From: Planctomycetota bacterium
GTDB lineage: Bacteria > Planctomycetota > UBA8742 > UBA2392
Direction of reading: 5' to 3'
NCBI GenBank assembly: GCA_027493625.1
Contig: JAOSKM010000003.1
Span: 599,028-663,027, forward strand
DNA: 64,000 nt
The first letter of the stretch is position 1; every line of letters starts with the position of its first letter. The notes below the pieces were generated by a model. It saw only the letters and a list, made by a program, of their open reading frames with translations. It made no database searches and was not told the DNA's origin. This document shows positions 1 to 10,688 of this stretch, piece after piece. Both the position numbers and the translations under genes were made by a program.

Positions 1-143
1 TGCGGCAGTAGTTCGCCAAGCTTCATTGCAGCCTGCCGGTAGAGGGCAGTCGCACCGTCCGAATCACCCTTCTTGAGGGACAAGTCTCCCCGAAAGGCAA
101 GTTCTTCGCTCTCGATGCGCAACGGGTGATTCAGGAATTTCAC
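1..143 (-). CDS. Partial hypothetical helical/TPR-like protein (MKFLNHPLRIESEELAFRGDLSLKKGDSDGATALYRQAA...), runs off the window
   Basis: GTG start overlaps the TGA stop of the upstream ORF (GTGA at 140-143); frame open to the window edge. Confidence 0.6.
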   Translation of the reverse strand, partial: MKFLNHPLRIESEELAFRGDLSLKKGDSDGATALYRQAAMKLGELLP

Positions 144-682
144 AGTTTCACCCTTTCTGCGTGCATGTGTGATTGCGCGAACCGAGCAACAAATGCCAAT
201 CCCGGAAGATTGGAGTTCCCCTTCAGAATCTGGTCCACTTTTTCGCGTAGTCTCTTGCCTAAGTGGCCATCGGCGATGCCAGACGCCTCCACTCGGACTA
301 TGTCGTCTTCATTGTCCGAGTCCCTTAGCATCCAGAAGTCGGCACCTGTGCCTTGCGGCATTCTACCCACAAGCGTGAAGCCCTCCGTTGCGTGAACAAA
401 AGCGGCAGCCAGTGCGTATGCAGCGTACTCCGTTGCGTCCTTCGAATTCTGGTGCGTTGAAACTTCGAGGTCTGTCGGCTCCCTCCACAGGACCTCGGCG
501 TCTCTCTGTGATCCTGAATCGCCCTCGACCAGCTTTGCCGAGGTAGTTGGAGGTTTGTGATAGCCTGACAGCATCACATACGCAGCCTCCTGCAAATGCG
601 TGCGAAGACCCGCAGACATGACTGTGGTCTTGTCGAGGGCGGTGACATCTAGCTTCGGGACGGAGTTGGTAGAACCGGCCAT
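140..682 (-). CDS. Hypothetical protein, possible PD-(D/E)XK-like nuclease fold
   Basis: 180-aa ORF coupled to the methyltransferase stop; GTGADFW...VEASG...EK motif resembles restriction-endonuclease-like active sites. Confidence 0.6.
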   Translation of the reverse strand: MAGSTNSVPKLDVTALDKTTVMSAGLRTHLQEAAYVMLSGYHKPPTTSAKLVEGDSGSQRDAEVLWREPTDLEVSTHQNSKDATEYAAYALAAAFVHATEGFTLVGRMPQGTGADFWMLRDSDNEDDIVRVEASGIADGHLGKRLREKVDQILKGNSNLPGLAFVARFAQSHMHAERVKL

Positions 683-3624
683 TACCCAACCTCCATAACG
701 CGCAGGGACTCAATCCCTCGGTCGTCGATGATCTTCACCGCGATGGTGCGTTCTTTGCCTAGCGCGAAGGGCAGCGAAACCGTGCCCCGGTATTGCTCGA
801 TCAGGTCGTCGTCTAGTTCGGCCTTGAGGCTCTTGGCGAGTTTGGCCCAGCCTTCTTCCTTGCCCGCCATCGGGAAGAACACCTGCCTTGGGTACAGGCT
901 GCGCCCGTCGTAGTCGGTGTCGAGCATCCACATGGCGATCTTGTCCGCGCCGCCGCCGTCCACTTTGCCAGTGCGCGGGTCGTAGTAGTCAAAACCCGCG
1001 ACCTCGACGACGTACATGCCCTCCAGAGCCGCTTGCTCGGCCTTGCGGCGCTTCTCGTCGTGGGGCAGTTGCTTTTCCAGCAGCGCCTTCTGGGCCTTGA
1101 TTTCATCCTTGCTCAGCTTGCGCACGGTCACGTCCGGCTGGCCTACCAGCCAGAAGCTCTCGTTGCTGCTGCGCTTCTTCTTGAGGTCGTCGGTCAGCAG
1201 GTCGGTGTTCATCTGCACCTTGAGCACCTGCATCCCGATCTTGTCCGCCTTCAGTTCGTCAATGTCCTTGGCGGCCTCGGGGTCGAACTGGAACGACGCA
1301 AACAGCACGATCTGCGGGCGCGGCTTGAGGTTGTACGCCTCGTCAATCGCCTTCTCGACCTGTCGCTGCTCCAGCGGCGCGTGTTCAGGCCCGAATGAGA
1401 TCACCACGCGCTGTGCGCCAACGCTGGCCGCAGTCAGTTTGCGTGTGTTCGCCCCGGCGACCTTGCCGGTTTTCTTCTTGGGCGCGGCGTCGGCTTCGCG
1501 TGTTTCGGCTTCGGCGTGAAGCCAACGGGTGCCCGCCAGCGGCTCAACGCGGCTGAAATGCAGCATGGCCCCGCCCTTGGCGCGGATGCCGCATTTCAGG
1601 AGTTCGTCGCGCCATTCCTGCTGGCGCAGTGTTTCGCCGGAGCGGGCGACGGAGGCATCGGCCACGGGTTCCGTGAAGCCGATCAAGTTTTTGGCTTGGG
1701 GGTCTTCCATGCCGGGGAGAGTCTTCTTGCCATCGAGGTTGACCAGCTTCTTGCCGCCACGGGCCAGTTCATCGGGCGCAATCGCGGCTGGAGCGGGCAC
1801 GGCTTCGACGGTGAAGGGGCCGGTGACGCGGACCTTGGTCTTGTCCACCTTGGGCTGGTCGTAGAGGGTTTCCTGGTCGGCATGGCGGGCGATGGCCGCG
1901 TCAATCTGCTCGCGTGTCATGCCCGACTTGATCTCCGGGTTGTTGGCGATGGATTTCAGCGTGACGTGCGGGACGGTCTTGTAGATGAAGCCGCTGGCTA
2001 CCCCCTGTTCAGGCCGCGCCATGTCAAAGTAATCAAAGTCGGCGGTCATCAGCCGCTGCTTGGCCAGCGCGACCGCAACACGGCTGGAGTCGCAAGTGAT
2101 CCAGCGCCGTCCCCATTGCTCGGCGACGTAGGCCGTGGTGCCTGACCCACAGGTGGGATCGAACACGAGATCGCCAGGATCGGTGGTCATCAGCAAGCAA
2201 CGTTGAAGAACTGCGTTGCTGGTCTGCACCACGTAAGTCTTGTCGCTCGCGCCACCAACGTCTGTCCATATGTTGTGAAGCGCATAAGCGGGAAAGTCGT
2301 CGAGGTAGCGAACGTAGCGTAGCGCACTGGCTTGGCTGTGGGCTCGTCGCGCTGCAACCAATCTTGCCATACCCTCTTCGTTGGTCTTCCAGCGGTTCTT
2401 CTCGTTCGGCAAGAATGTCTTGCCTTCCACCTCGACAGGGAACCAACACGCTGCGCCCGGCCCCTTGTCTCGACCGACGCTTGCAGACGTGAGGTCGCTC
2501 GCGGTGAATGGGCGCGAACCTGACGGGAGTAGCCGAGGATTTGTTTGCTCATCATCCGACATGCTGCGCCGGGTGCCATCGGGAAGTTCGACCATCCCGT
2601 AATGACCGGCACCATCCGCGCCTAACCCCTTGATGCGGTAAAGCTGGCGGTACTTGGTCTTGGCGACATCCTTCGCGTACCAGATCAGATAGTCACCAAC
2701 TCCGCTCAAGTAGACGTTGGTGGAGCTTGTGGTCTTCTGGACCGTGACAACGGCGACGCAGTTCTTCGCCCCAAACACCTCGTCCATCAGCTCGCGGACG
2801 TGGTGCAGGTTCTCGTCGGAAATCTGGACGAAGCAGGAGCCGCTCTCGTGGAGCAACTGCCGCGCCAGCAGCAAGCGGTCGCGCAGGTAAGTCAGGTAGC
2901 TGTGGATGCCGAGTTCCCAGGTGTCGCGGAAGGCGCGGATCATCTCCGGCTCCTGAGTCAGGTCCTCGTCCTTGCGGTCCTTCACGTCGCGCTTGTTCAC
3001 GAAGGGCTGGAAGTTGCTGCCGTACTTGATGCCGTAGGGCGGGTCGATGTAGACCATCTGCACCTGCCCGCCGAGCCCTTCCTTTTCCAGCAGGCTGTTC
3101 ATCACCAGCAGCGAGTCGCCCGCGATCAGCCGGTTCGACCAGCCGTGGGCGTGGCGGTAGAAGTCGATGGCATCGCGCAGGCCGAGCTTTTCGGACGGGC
3201 GCTCGAACAGGGCAAGCTGCTTGGGGCCGCCGTTCTTGCGTTTGATCGCCTGCATGATGGAGAGCGGGTCGATGCGTTCGTGGACGTGCAGGCTGACGGC
3301 GTCGATGTCGAAGCTTGTGTGCTCGGCCTTGCCTGCCCAGTGAAGCTGGGGGTCAAGGTGCGGGTCGTAGGCGTAGGTCTTTTTGGCGGGCGTCTTGTCG
3401 GGATCGGTCGAGGCGTTGATGAGGCCGACATCGGGGTTGTTCAGGCGCTTGGCTTCGTCGTGGTCGTACTGCTCGATCTCACGCTTCTTTAGCGACCCGC
3501 CAACCTTGGGACCACGCTTCGCCTGCGCGGCCTTGGTGCGCGGCGCAGCCTTGCCAGTCCCGTATGCCGAACGCTGGCCTGCATTGGCTGCCTGCTTGCC
3601 CCTGCCAACAGATTTCCGCCCCAT
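682..3624 (-). CDS. Site-specific DNA adenine methyltransferase, Type III R-M Mod-like (beta class)
   Basis: IDPPY catalytic motif precedes the FDPTCGSGTT SAM-binding motif; NRLIAGDSL; C-terminal IAVKIIDDRGIE. Start uncertain (3624 or 3708). Confidence 0.9.
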   Translation of the reverse strand: MGRKSVGRGKQAANAGQRSAYGTGKAAPRTKAAQAKRGPKVGGSLKKREIEQYDHDEAKRLNNPDVGLINASTDPDKTPAKKTYAYDPHLDPQLHWAGKAEHTSFDIDAVSLHVHERIDPLSIMQAIKRKNGGPKQLALFERPSEKLGLRDAIDFYRHAHGWSNRLIAGDSLLVMNSLLEKEGLGGQVQMVYIDPPYGIKYGSNFQPFVNKRDVKDRKDEDLTQEPEMIRAFRDTWELGIHSYLTYLRDRLLLARQLLHESGSCFVQISDENLHHVRELMDEVFGAKNCVAVVTVQKTTSSTNVYLSGVGDYLIWYAKDVAKTKYRQLYRIKGLGADGAGHYGMVELPDGTRRSMSDDEQTNPRLLPSGSRPFTASDLTSASVGRDKGPGAACWFPVEVEGKTFLPNEKNRWKTNEEGMARLVAARRAHSQASALRYVRYLDDFPAYALHNIWTDVGGASDKTYVVQTSNAVLQRCLLMTTDPGDLVFDPTCGSGTTAYVAEQWGRRWITCDSSRVAVALAKQRLMTADFDYFDMARPEQGVASGFIYKTVPHVTLKSIANNPEIKSGMTREQIDAAIARHADQETLYDQPKVDKTKVRVTGPFTVEAVPAPAAIAPDELARGGKKLVNLDGKKTLPGMEDPQAKNLIGFTEPVADASVARSGETLRQQEWRDELLKCGIRAKGGAMLHFSRVEPLAGTRWLHAEAETREADAAPKKKTGKVAGANTRKLTAASVGAQRVVISFGPEHAPLEQRQVEKAIDEAYNLKPRPQIVLFASFQFDPEAAKDIDELKADKIGMQVLKVQMNTDLLTDDLKKKRSSNESFWLVGQPDVTVRKLSKDEIKAQKALLEKQLPHDEKRRKAEQAALEGMYVVEVAGFDYYDPRTGKVDGGGADKIAMWMLDTDYDGRSLYPRQVFFPMAGKEEGWAKLAKSLKAELDDDLIEQYRGTVSLPFALGKERTIAVKIIDDRGIESLRVMEVG

Positions 3625-3906
3625 ACCAACCCCAGAATTTCCCGCAACGCTAAGTGGCCGAACAGCATACACACCCGTGCGACATTCCCGCCGCCGCAGG
3701 CCAAGCAACGCCCGGCGTCGAAGCTCCGGCGCGTCAGGCCCGGCAGAAAGTGGGTGTGCAGCGAAAGCGTTTTACCAAGCCAGAGACGACCGGCCTAGAA
3801 GCACATCCAAAGGCCGGAAAATGGGGGTTTCGTGGGGCAAAAGAAGCTGTTGGAGGCTACGTCAGGCCGCTTACTGCCGATCAGAAACAAAGCCCGTTCA
3901 GGACCG

Positions 3907-4407
3907 CTACTCCTCGAAGATGACGCCGGGAAACGCATTTCGAGCGATTACGAGTTGCTTCTCGAACTTGCCGCGTTTTCCCGGCACGTTCACGTAAGCC
4001 CTGAGGCTCTTCCCCTGCTGCGCAGTTACGCAGACGACGTAGGTCGATTCATCCTCGCCCTTTGCCTCACGTCGCGCAGTCACGAGGTCTTGAAGCTGTT
4101 GGTACGAGATGCAGCAGATTTCACGCGCCCGAACACAGACCAGAACTACAAAGGTCCGCTCGTTCGCTTCGGCAATGCGATCCAGTTCTTCGAGGTGTTC
4201 GGTGGTGAAGCCGAACCTGTACTCGTTGAAGCGGGACTTCGGTTCGTTGCAATACTTGAAGTAGGCGGCGATGTTGTCGTTGATTCGGTAGGCGACCTCA
4301 CTCTTTTTCCCACCAACATTCAGGGCGTTGATGGCTTTGAAGGTTGGATGTTCGGCGATTTGGATCAGGCCCGCCCCGTGGTACATGTGATCGTCGTGGA
4401 TGTGCAT
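3907..4407 (-). CDS. Hypothetical protein, possibly nuclease-like
   Basis: 166-aa ORF with upstream GGAGAG RBS and globular composition; upstream of the Mod gene. Confidence 0.7.
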   Translation of the reverse strand: MHIHDDHMYHGAGLIQIAEHPTFKAINALNVGGKKSEVAYRINDNIAAYFKYCNEPKSRFNEYRFGFTTEHLEELDRIAEANERTFVVLVCVRAREICCISYQQLQDLVTARREAKGEDESTYVVCVTAQQGKSLRAYVNVPGKRGKFEKQLVIARNAFPGVIFEE

Positions 4408-4458
4408 CCGAATTTCTCTCCGGCTTCGACTCGTTCATTTCGCGCAGCAGGTGCTGAA

Positions 4459-6991
4459 CTACGGTACTGCCTGTGCAGAGCCGATTGCGGTGATGCCGAC
4501 CGTATGCCTTTCCAGCGGGAAATTGACCGCCGATGTGGTCGAGCCGCCGACTACAGTTACAGGCGTGGGGATGGTCATTGACGGGTATGCCCCGACCAAA
4601 TCGTTGTGTGTCAGGGAGCCGCTCGTGTCCCGGTCTACGAATCCGACAAGCACGTAGTCCGTCGGGTCCAATCCCGAGATGGTGTAGTTGAAACCTGAGG
4701 CCGCGTCCGTGAACGCCTCTCCATCGGGCTGCCCAGTGGTTGCATTGACTGCTCGGACGCGAACTTGGTAGGTCACCGCCTTGGGAGCCAGCTTGTTCAC
4801 CAGAACCGCAATCACGATGACAGGAGCACTGGAGTCGTTTGTGGAGACTGATGCGACCGCATAGTAGAGATTGCCGTTCGTCAGCAGACCTTGGTTGATC
4901 GACAGCACCACCAAGACCTGTGTGCCGTTCTGTTGCAGCGACACGCCCAACCAGTTCTCCGTGCCGAAGTGCAGCGCCTGCGGGTTGGACACGCTCAATG
5001 TACCGCCACCGATGTTGACGACGCTTGTGTAGGCTGTAGTCGCCCCAGCAGGGACGAGCACAACGCTGTTGGTGACCGCCGCAGTCGGCGGATTCGCGGG
5101 AAGGGTTCCGCCTGCGGCGACAAGCGCAGCCTCTGCCCGCACGAGTCCGAATCCGTACTCTGCGTCGTAGCCAGAGGTACCGAGGTCAAGGGCAGTCCCG
5201 GTCAGCAACGTCCGAACGTTCGTGGGCGTCAGTGCGCCGTTCACAGCGAGCATCAACGCGGCCACGCCCGCCACATGCGGCGCAGCCATCGACGTTCCCT
5301 GTAGCCACTGGTACTTGTTTACGGCGGGCGTCACGGTGTCGTCGCGCCAAGTGCTGAACACACCGTCCTGCGTGGAGAACGGGAAGGTTACTTGGCCCCC
5401 AGGCGCACAAACGGTCGTGCCGCTGGTTGTGTTGCTGTAAATCGCTCGGGAGTAGTTGCGATTGATAGCTCCGACCGCGATGACCTCAGTGTAGGAAGCT
5501 GGGAAATTCGGCGTATTGTCCTGCTGAGCGTCATTTCCGGCCGCGGCTATGATCGTGCAGCCCGCGTTGAACGCCGCAGTTATTGCGTTCTGATACACGG
5601 TCGTGCTGCCTTTGCCGCCGAGCGACATGTTGATGACGTGTGCGCGATTGGGCGGCAGGGTGCCGCTGACGTTGGTCAGCCGAGCGGCATACAGAACGGC
5701 CTCGGCAATGTCGCTCTGCGCGCCACCAGCCGCGCCTAGCACACGAAGTGGCATGATCCTGCAATTCCAGTCAACCCCTGCACCGCCAACGCTGTTGTTC
5801 GACGCAGCGCCGATGGTCCCGGCCACGTGAGTTCCGTGAAAGCTGGAACCCTGTCCGGGCTTATCGCCAGGATCGTCCGGGTTGCTGTCGATGCCGCTGC
5901 CGTCGAGCGCGTTTTGCGGATCGGAAATGAAGTCGTACCCGCCGATGAGCCGCCCTGCGAGGTCTGGATGGCCGAGCACGATGCCGGTGTCAATCACTGC
6001 GACAATCACCGAAGCGGAGCCGGTCGTGATGTTCCACGCCGCTGGTAGGTTCATGGCGTTGTAATGCCACGACTGATAGGCGGAGAAATGGGGGTCGTTC
6101 GGGGTGAGGTAGTGTTCGCAGATGAAATCGGGCTCGGCAACCGCAACGTCGGGATGGAGCGACAAGTGCGCGGAGAGATTTGCCAACTCGACTAGGTGTG
6201 GCAGCGACGAGCGCAACGGGTCGAGCGATGTGGGTTGCTGCCGCTGCGCGACGATAGCTCCGCCTGAGAGCGCCCGAACAGGGGTAAAAGCCGACCGAGG
6301 CGAGGATGTCAACGTAGGCTTGCAGGCTGACGTTCTTTTCAAACGTGACCAGCAAACGATCGGGCACAGCCTCATGCCCAGCGAGAGCGACCTCCATTGC
6401 GTTGTACTCTTCTTTGTAATAGTCAGGCCCCGGCTGCATCATCATAAGGGGGCTGCCACTCAAGACCGTCACGTCCATTCGCCACTGCGTGCCTGCCCCC
6501 GAAAACAGGGTAAGGTCGAAAATGATTGTGGCCCCAGCACCGCCAGCGACGGAAAAGTTCCCGAACTCCGGGTTGGTGGTGCCGTTGAGGGTCAGTAGGT
6601 TTGTTGTGCTCGCCCCGTCGAAACGGCTGACTGTGAGGTCAACGTCTTGGTTTGTCCCGTCAAGCCAACTTATCTTGACGTTGTAGGTTGCCCCGTTGCC
6701 TTCGGTGAAAGTAACGCGGTCCGCTGTGTCGCTGCTGGAAAGAGTTCCGAGCACGAACAGAAGCTCTCCAGCCTTCGGGCCGGTGACCTGCAACGGGCTC
6801 GCGGTTGTGGAGTCAGAAGCCTCCGCGCCAGTGACAACCGGATACTCAGCGAAGGGTGTGATCGTGCCCGAGATGGCCCCTGTTGGCGATCCACCCCCGC
6901 CGCCAGAGCTTCCACCTCCGCCGTCGTCATCTCCTGCACAGCCAGCCAGCATCATTGCGACAAAAACCGCCGACAGTAAGCGGAGTTGCAT
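4459..6991 (-). CDS. S8 (subtilisin-like) serine peptidase lipoprotein, split by a frameshift at about 6286-6289
   Basis: VAVIDTG, HGTHVAGTI and GTSMAAPHVAG triad motifs; lipobox LAGC lies in the other frame; frames join if one T is removed from a TTTT run. Confidence 0.85.
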
Positions 6992-7641
6992 GACTACCCC
7001 CACTCCAAAGGTTGTCCCGAGACCGAGTAAATCGCCGATAGGATACGCGAGCCCATACGACTCTGGAAAGCGGAAAAGGTCACCCAACGGCAGATTTGAT
7101 ATGACCGCACGAAGCCTGTTCACGGGTCGAGGGCATCCCAAAGACTCGAACCAACTTTTGCTCGATGGTTGCTTGGTGGCAAGAGGACCGACGAGCCAAC
7201 TACCGTAGACAGAGGAAAACGACGAGCGTGTAAACTGGGATACCGTATCCCAAGCGTCAAGTGGATTGCCGTGGCACTTCCTTGAGGCATTGGCCCCAAG
7301 CGGTTACGCTGGCAGCAGGTTTGGAGACTTGATTGATGGGTTGATCCGGCACTGCCGGAAAAGACGAACGCAATCGCGCACACAACAGCTTTCTGCGGCC
7401 AGAGCAAATCCGCCAGATTTCATATGAGACCGCAGAGCGTGGTGCGCCCCGAAAGGGGCGGCCCGTTCTGCTTCTCATGGGCTCCTGGCGGAGCCTGCTC
7501 TGGGGCGGTTCGGTGTCCGCCCTGTCTTTTTCACTCATGGTGACCGCAGCACGGGTGAGTTCCGGGCGCGGATTCCCGTTCCGCGCTCACTCACGGAGAG
7601 GCGTCCTCTCCGCGTGCTTTCAGCGGGAACAGGAAGAAACA

Positions 7642-8160
7642 ATGACCTACAACGTCATACGGAGTGCGGCGCGTCTGGCAGCACTTCTCACGCTATCGCT
7701 GTCAGTGTTCAGCGGGTGTGCTTCGGGACCCGCACCGATTCCGCGCCTTCAGACTTCGGCGCAGGGGTACTCCGCCGATTTTGATCCTGCCTGGAACGCC
7801 GTCAACGATGTGCTCACGGAAAAGCGGTTGCCAATCAAGGCAATCGAGAAGGAGTCCGGCCTCGTCACCACGGAGTTCGTGAACAGCGGAGCACGATACA
7901 TCTATTGGGGCAAGACAAACGAGGCTGGTCAGGAGATGTCCACGTGGGCGGAAAAGACACGCTACTTCCTGAACATCCGGGTCCGTGAACGCGACGGAGG
8001 GGGCACGACAGTCGATGTCCTGCCACACTTCGAGTACATGCGTTACGAGTACAACTCCGTTCTCAAGCGAAGTGTGGAGGCAGGCTGGGAAGCGTGCGAG
8101 TCCCACGGCGACGTAGAGCGCGAAGTCTACGATGCACTGACGGCAAAGCTAAACCGCTGA
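7642..8160 (+). CDS. Lipoprotein (BamC-like/unknown)
   Basis: Signal peptide with FSGC lipobox; AGGAAG RBS. Confidence 0.75.
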   Translation: MTYNVIRSAARLAALLTLSLSVFSGCASGPAPIPRLQTSAQGYSADFDPAWNAVNDVLTEKRLPIKAIEKESGLVTTEFVNSGARYIYWGKTNEAGQEMSTWAEKTRYFLNIRVRERDGGGTTVDVLPHFEYMRYEYNSVLKRSVEAGWEACESHGDVEREVYDALTAKLNR

Positions 8161-8219
8161 ACCATCCGACGGGCGGAGGCACACAAGCTGCCGCCCGCCG
8201 CCGTCAACAGGAGGAGCCG

Positions 8220-9071
8220 ATGACGGTACACGCGATTCGCTGCCCACAATGCAGCGCGGTGCTGGATGTCCAGGCCGGTGCTTCGCTGGTGAGGTGCGGT
8301 TTCTGTTCGACGCCCTGCCGCGTCGATTGGAGCGGTAGTGACCCTGTGGCCACCGAGGAAGCGGGGGAAGTGGCTCGCCTGCTGGACAACATCGATTTCG
8401 ACGCGCTTGAGCAGGGCTTGAAGGAGCTTGAGGAGTACGTTGACCAGCAGAACGCTCGTGACGAACTCGCGTCGAGCGTGGCGCGGCTAGGCACGAGTGA
8501 GCAAATCGACCACCTGGCTGCGCAACTCGCTGCGTCAGGTAAGGCGCATGAATTCATTCAGGGCGTCAGCAACCTGGAAATCGACGAATCCGAAGAACAC
8601 GAAGTCCTGCTTAGGAATCTCCTCGCCCGCGTCGCCGTAAAGGCGGCCACGCAGTCAGATGGCATCGAAACGAGGACGCCTCAACTGAAAGACAATGTCT
8701 TGCACCAGTCAGGTGCGGCAGCGGCACGAACCGACGCCTATCGTGCAGGGTCACGGACCTTCACCGAACCTGCTGCCCCAGACGTCTTTGGCTTGGACGA
8801 GCAGCTTGAGCACAAGGCCAAGCGTTGGCTGTGGCTGCCCTGGGTCGGACTGCTGCTGCTGCCATTAGTCGTGATCGGACTAACCTTCTTGCTGACCATT
8901 GCCATTGCGATCTTGCTGCCACAGCACGAACAAAGGCCCTGGCTGGGTTTGGCCTTCGGTGTTGCAGTGCTCACCTCTCCGGTTGCCGGACTCATCTGGT
9001 TGTGGAGTGGATTGAAAAGACGAAGGTCGTTAGTGGAACAGAGAAGGGCACCACTTGACCGTGCCGGTTGA
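8220..9071 (+). CDS. Zinc-ribbon membrane protein
   Basis: CPQC...CGFC at the N terminus, two C-terminal TM helices, GGAGG RBS. Confidence 0.75.
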   Translation: MTVHAIRCPQCSAVLDVQAGASLVRCGFCSTPCRVDWSGSDPVATEEAGEVARLLDNIDFDALEQGLKELEEYVDQQNARDELASSVARLGTSEQIDHLAAQLAASGKAHEFIQGVSNLEIDESEEHEVLLRNLLARVAVKAATQSDGIETRTPQLKDNVLHQSGAAAARTDAYRAGSRTFTEPAAPDVFGLDEQLEHKAKRWLWLPWVGLLLLPLVVIGLTFLLTIAIAILLPQHEQRPWLGLAFGVAVLTSPVAGLIWLWSGLKRRRSLVEQRRAPLDRAG

Positions 9072-9168
9072 GTTCCCGCCCATCTGATCTTTGACCGCTT
9101 CAAAGACCGGCTGCCGCCACGGGCGTGGCAGCCGGTTTTCCTTTTTCAGGCCCGTACAGGAGATAGTC

Positions 9169-9480
9169 ATGCAGGAGTTCGTTGTGGAGTTCTTCACCGA
9201 GGTGCTTGTGCCTGGGGAGCGTGATCCGCAGCGGGTGTCGCTCAACACATGCATCCTCAGGGGCAAGAGCGAAAGGGCTGTTCAGCTAGAAGCGTTGACG
9301 TTAGTGGACGGAGTTGCAGCCACCGCAGTGGACGCCGTCGGTGATCCGCTGGAGCCTGAGGATGTGCGCGTCGAAGTCACCCCTGTGGACACGTTCCTTG
9401 AACGGCTACGGATAGCGGCGGCCATCGTGCGCAACGATCAGGCCGAGGCGATCAACCGCCACGAGCACGAAGAGGAATAG
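9169..9480 (+). CDS. Hypothetical protein
   Basis: AGGAG RBS; acidic 103-aa ORF. Confidence 0.6.
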   Translation: MQEFVVEFFTEVLVPGERDPQRVSLNTCILRGKSERAVQLEALTLVDGVAATAVDAVGDPLEPEDVRVEVTPVDTFLERLRIAAAIVRNDQAEAINRHEHEEE

Positions 9481-9553
9481 GCGCAGCCAGCGCAATCGAA
9501 GTTCGTTGACCAGCCGCCGAGTGGCGGCGCTTTTCGTTTTTTAGGAGATCAAC

Positions 9554-9814
9554 ATGACAGACAATCTTGATCGGTTCGACATGGACGCCATCACCGAGGC
9601 GTTCTACAGGTTGGTGACCAGCAAGAAGCCCCAGAAGCTTGGAAAGTTCTTTCGGGACTCTACGGGCCTCCGATGGAAGTACCTTGCGAGGGCCGAAGCC
9701 ACCTATATCGCCAGTCACGGAGAGTTCGGTGTCGTGATGGTCATTCGGGGACAGCCCGACGGCACCAATCAGGTCACGCTCGAACTCAAGAAGTTGCAGG
9801 ACGAGCACAAGTAG
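9554..9814 (+). CDS. Hypothetical protein
   Basis: AGGAG RBS; 86-aa ORF. Confidence 0.65.
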   Translation: MTDNLDRFDMDAITEAFYRLVTSKKPQKLGKFFRDSTGLRWKYLARAEATYIASHGEFGVVMVIRGQPDGTNQVTLELKKLQDEHK

Positions 9815-9893
9815 CCTCTGAAAATTGTCGTCGGGTGCGGGTCGCGTTTTGGACTCGCTTCGCTCGTCCAAAACGCGACCCGCACCCGCAGCC

Positions 9894-10688
9894 ATGCAGG
9901 AAACCACGCGAGCAACGCAGGCAGACTTCCACCCGGAAGCCCTGCTGACCGGCGCGTTGGTTTCAGGCACGCACCCGGTATCTGCTCCGGGCGGTCTGCT
10001 CAATCGTGTCTGGCACCTGTTCAACGAAGCCCAGAACAACCGCATCAGCACCGAGCGCGTGCGGGAAATTGTTCGCGGCATTCCTGAACTTCGCCAGATC
10101 GTCGAGCAGTACATCGACCCGGCCACGGGGAAACCACGTGCCGAATGCGCCGACCCGGCTAACCCCGGCATCGTCGCAATGAAAGAGGAAACAGCTTGCT
10201 TCGGCAGGAAGTGCGGTTTCTCAACCGGCTGCTTCCTGCAATGCTCGCTGGGTCCATCACACCGACAGGACGGTCAGCCCCTCGGCGTAGAGGGACAGGC
10301 CCCGGCCTACAACACTGGTGGTCAGCAGCTTGGCCCGGAGCAGTACACAGGCATCCTCAAGGTGGACGAGAACGGCAATCCAAAGAATCCGCCGCGCCAC
10401 CGTGACAACTCGTGCCTGACACTGAGTCTGTTCCTCCGGCTGACGGGCATACCGCCCGCGCATTCAGCCGGGCTGGGAGACAAGCTGTGGGATATTCTCC
10501 CGCAGGCACTGACCGCAGTGGAGCAGGGACTGGCAGCCCAACCACAGCCGACGCCCGCAGCAGCGGCCCCGGCTCCTGCTGTGGGAGACATCAAGCGAGG
10601 TCAGAAGCTCCTTTCCGCTGACCCCTGCACGTGCATTTCGCTGCGCACGTACTGCGTGTCCAGGCGTTGGGATCGGAGGTTGCCATGA
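9894..10688 (+). CDS. Cys-rich hypothetical protein
   Basis: ORF with ATGA overlap to the next gene; start uncertain. Confidence 0.5.
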   Translation: MQETTRATQADFHPEALLTGALVSGTHPVSAPGGLLNRVWHLFNEAQNNRISTERVREIVRGIPELRQIVEQYIDPATGKPRAECADPANPGIVAMKEETACFGRKCGFSTGCFLQCSLGPSHRQDGQPLGVEGQAPAYNTGGQQLGPEQYTGILKVDENGNPKNPPRHRDNSCLTLSLFLRLTGIPPAHSAGLGDKLWDILPQALTAVEQGLAAQPQPTPAAAAPAPAVGDIKRGQKLLSADPCTCISLRTYCVSRRWDRRLP

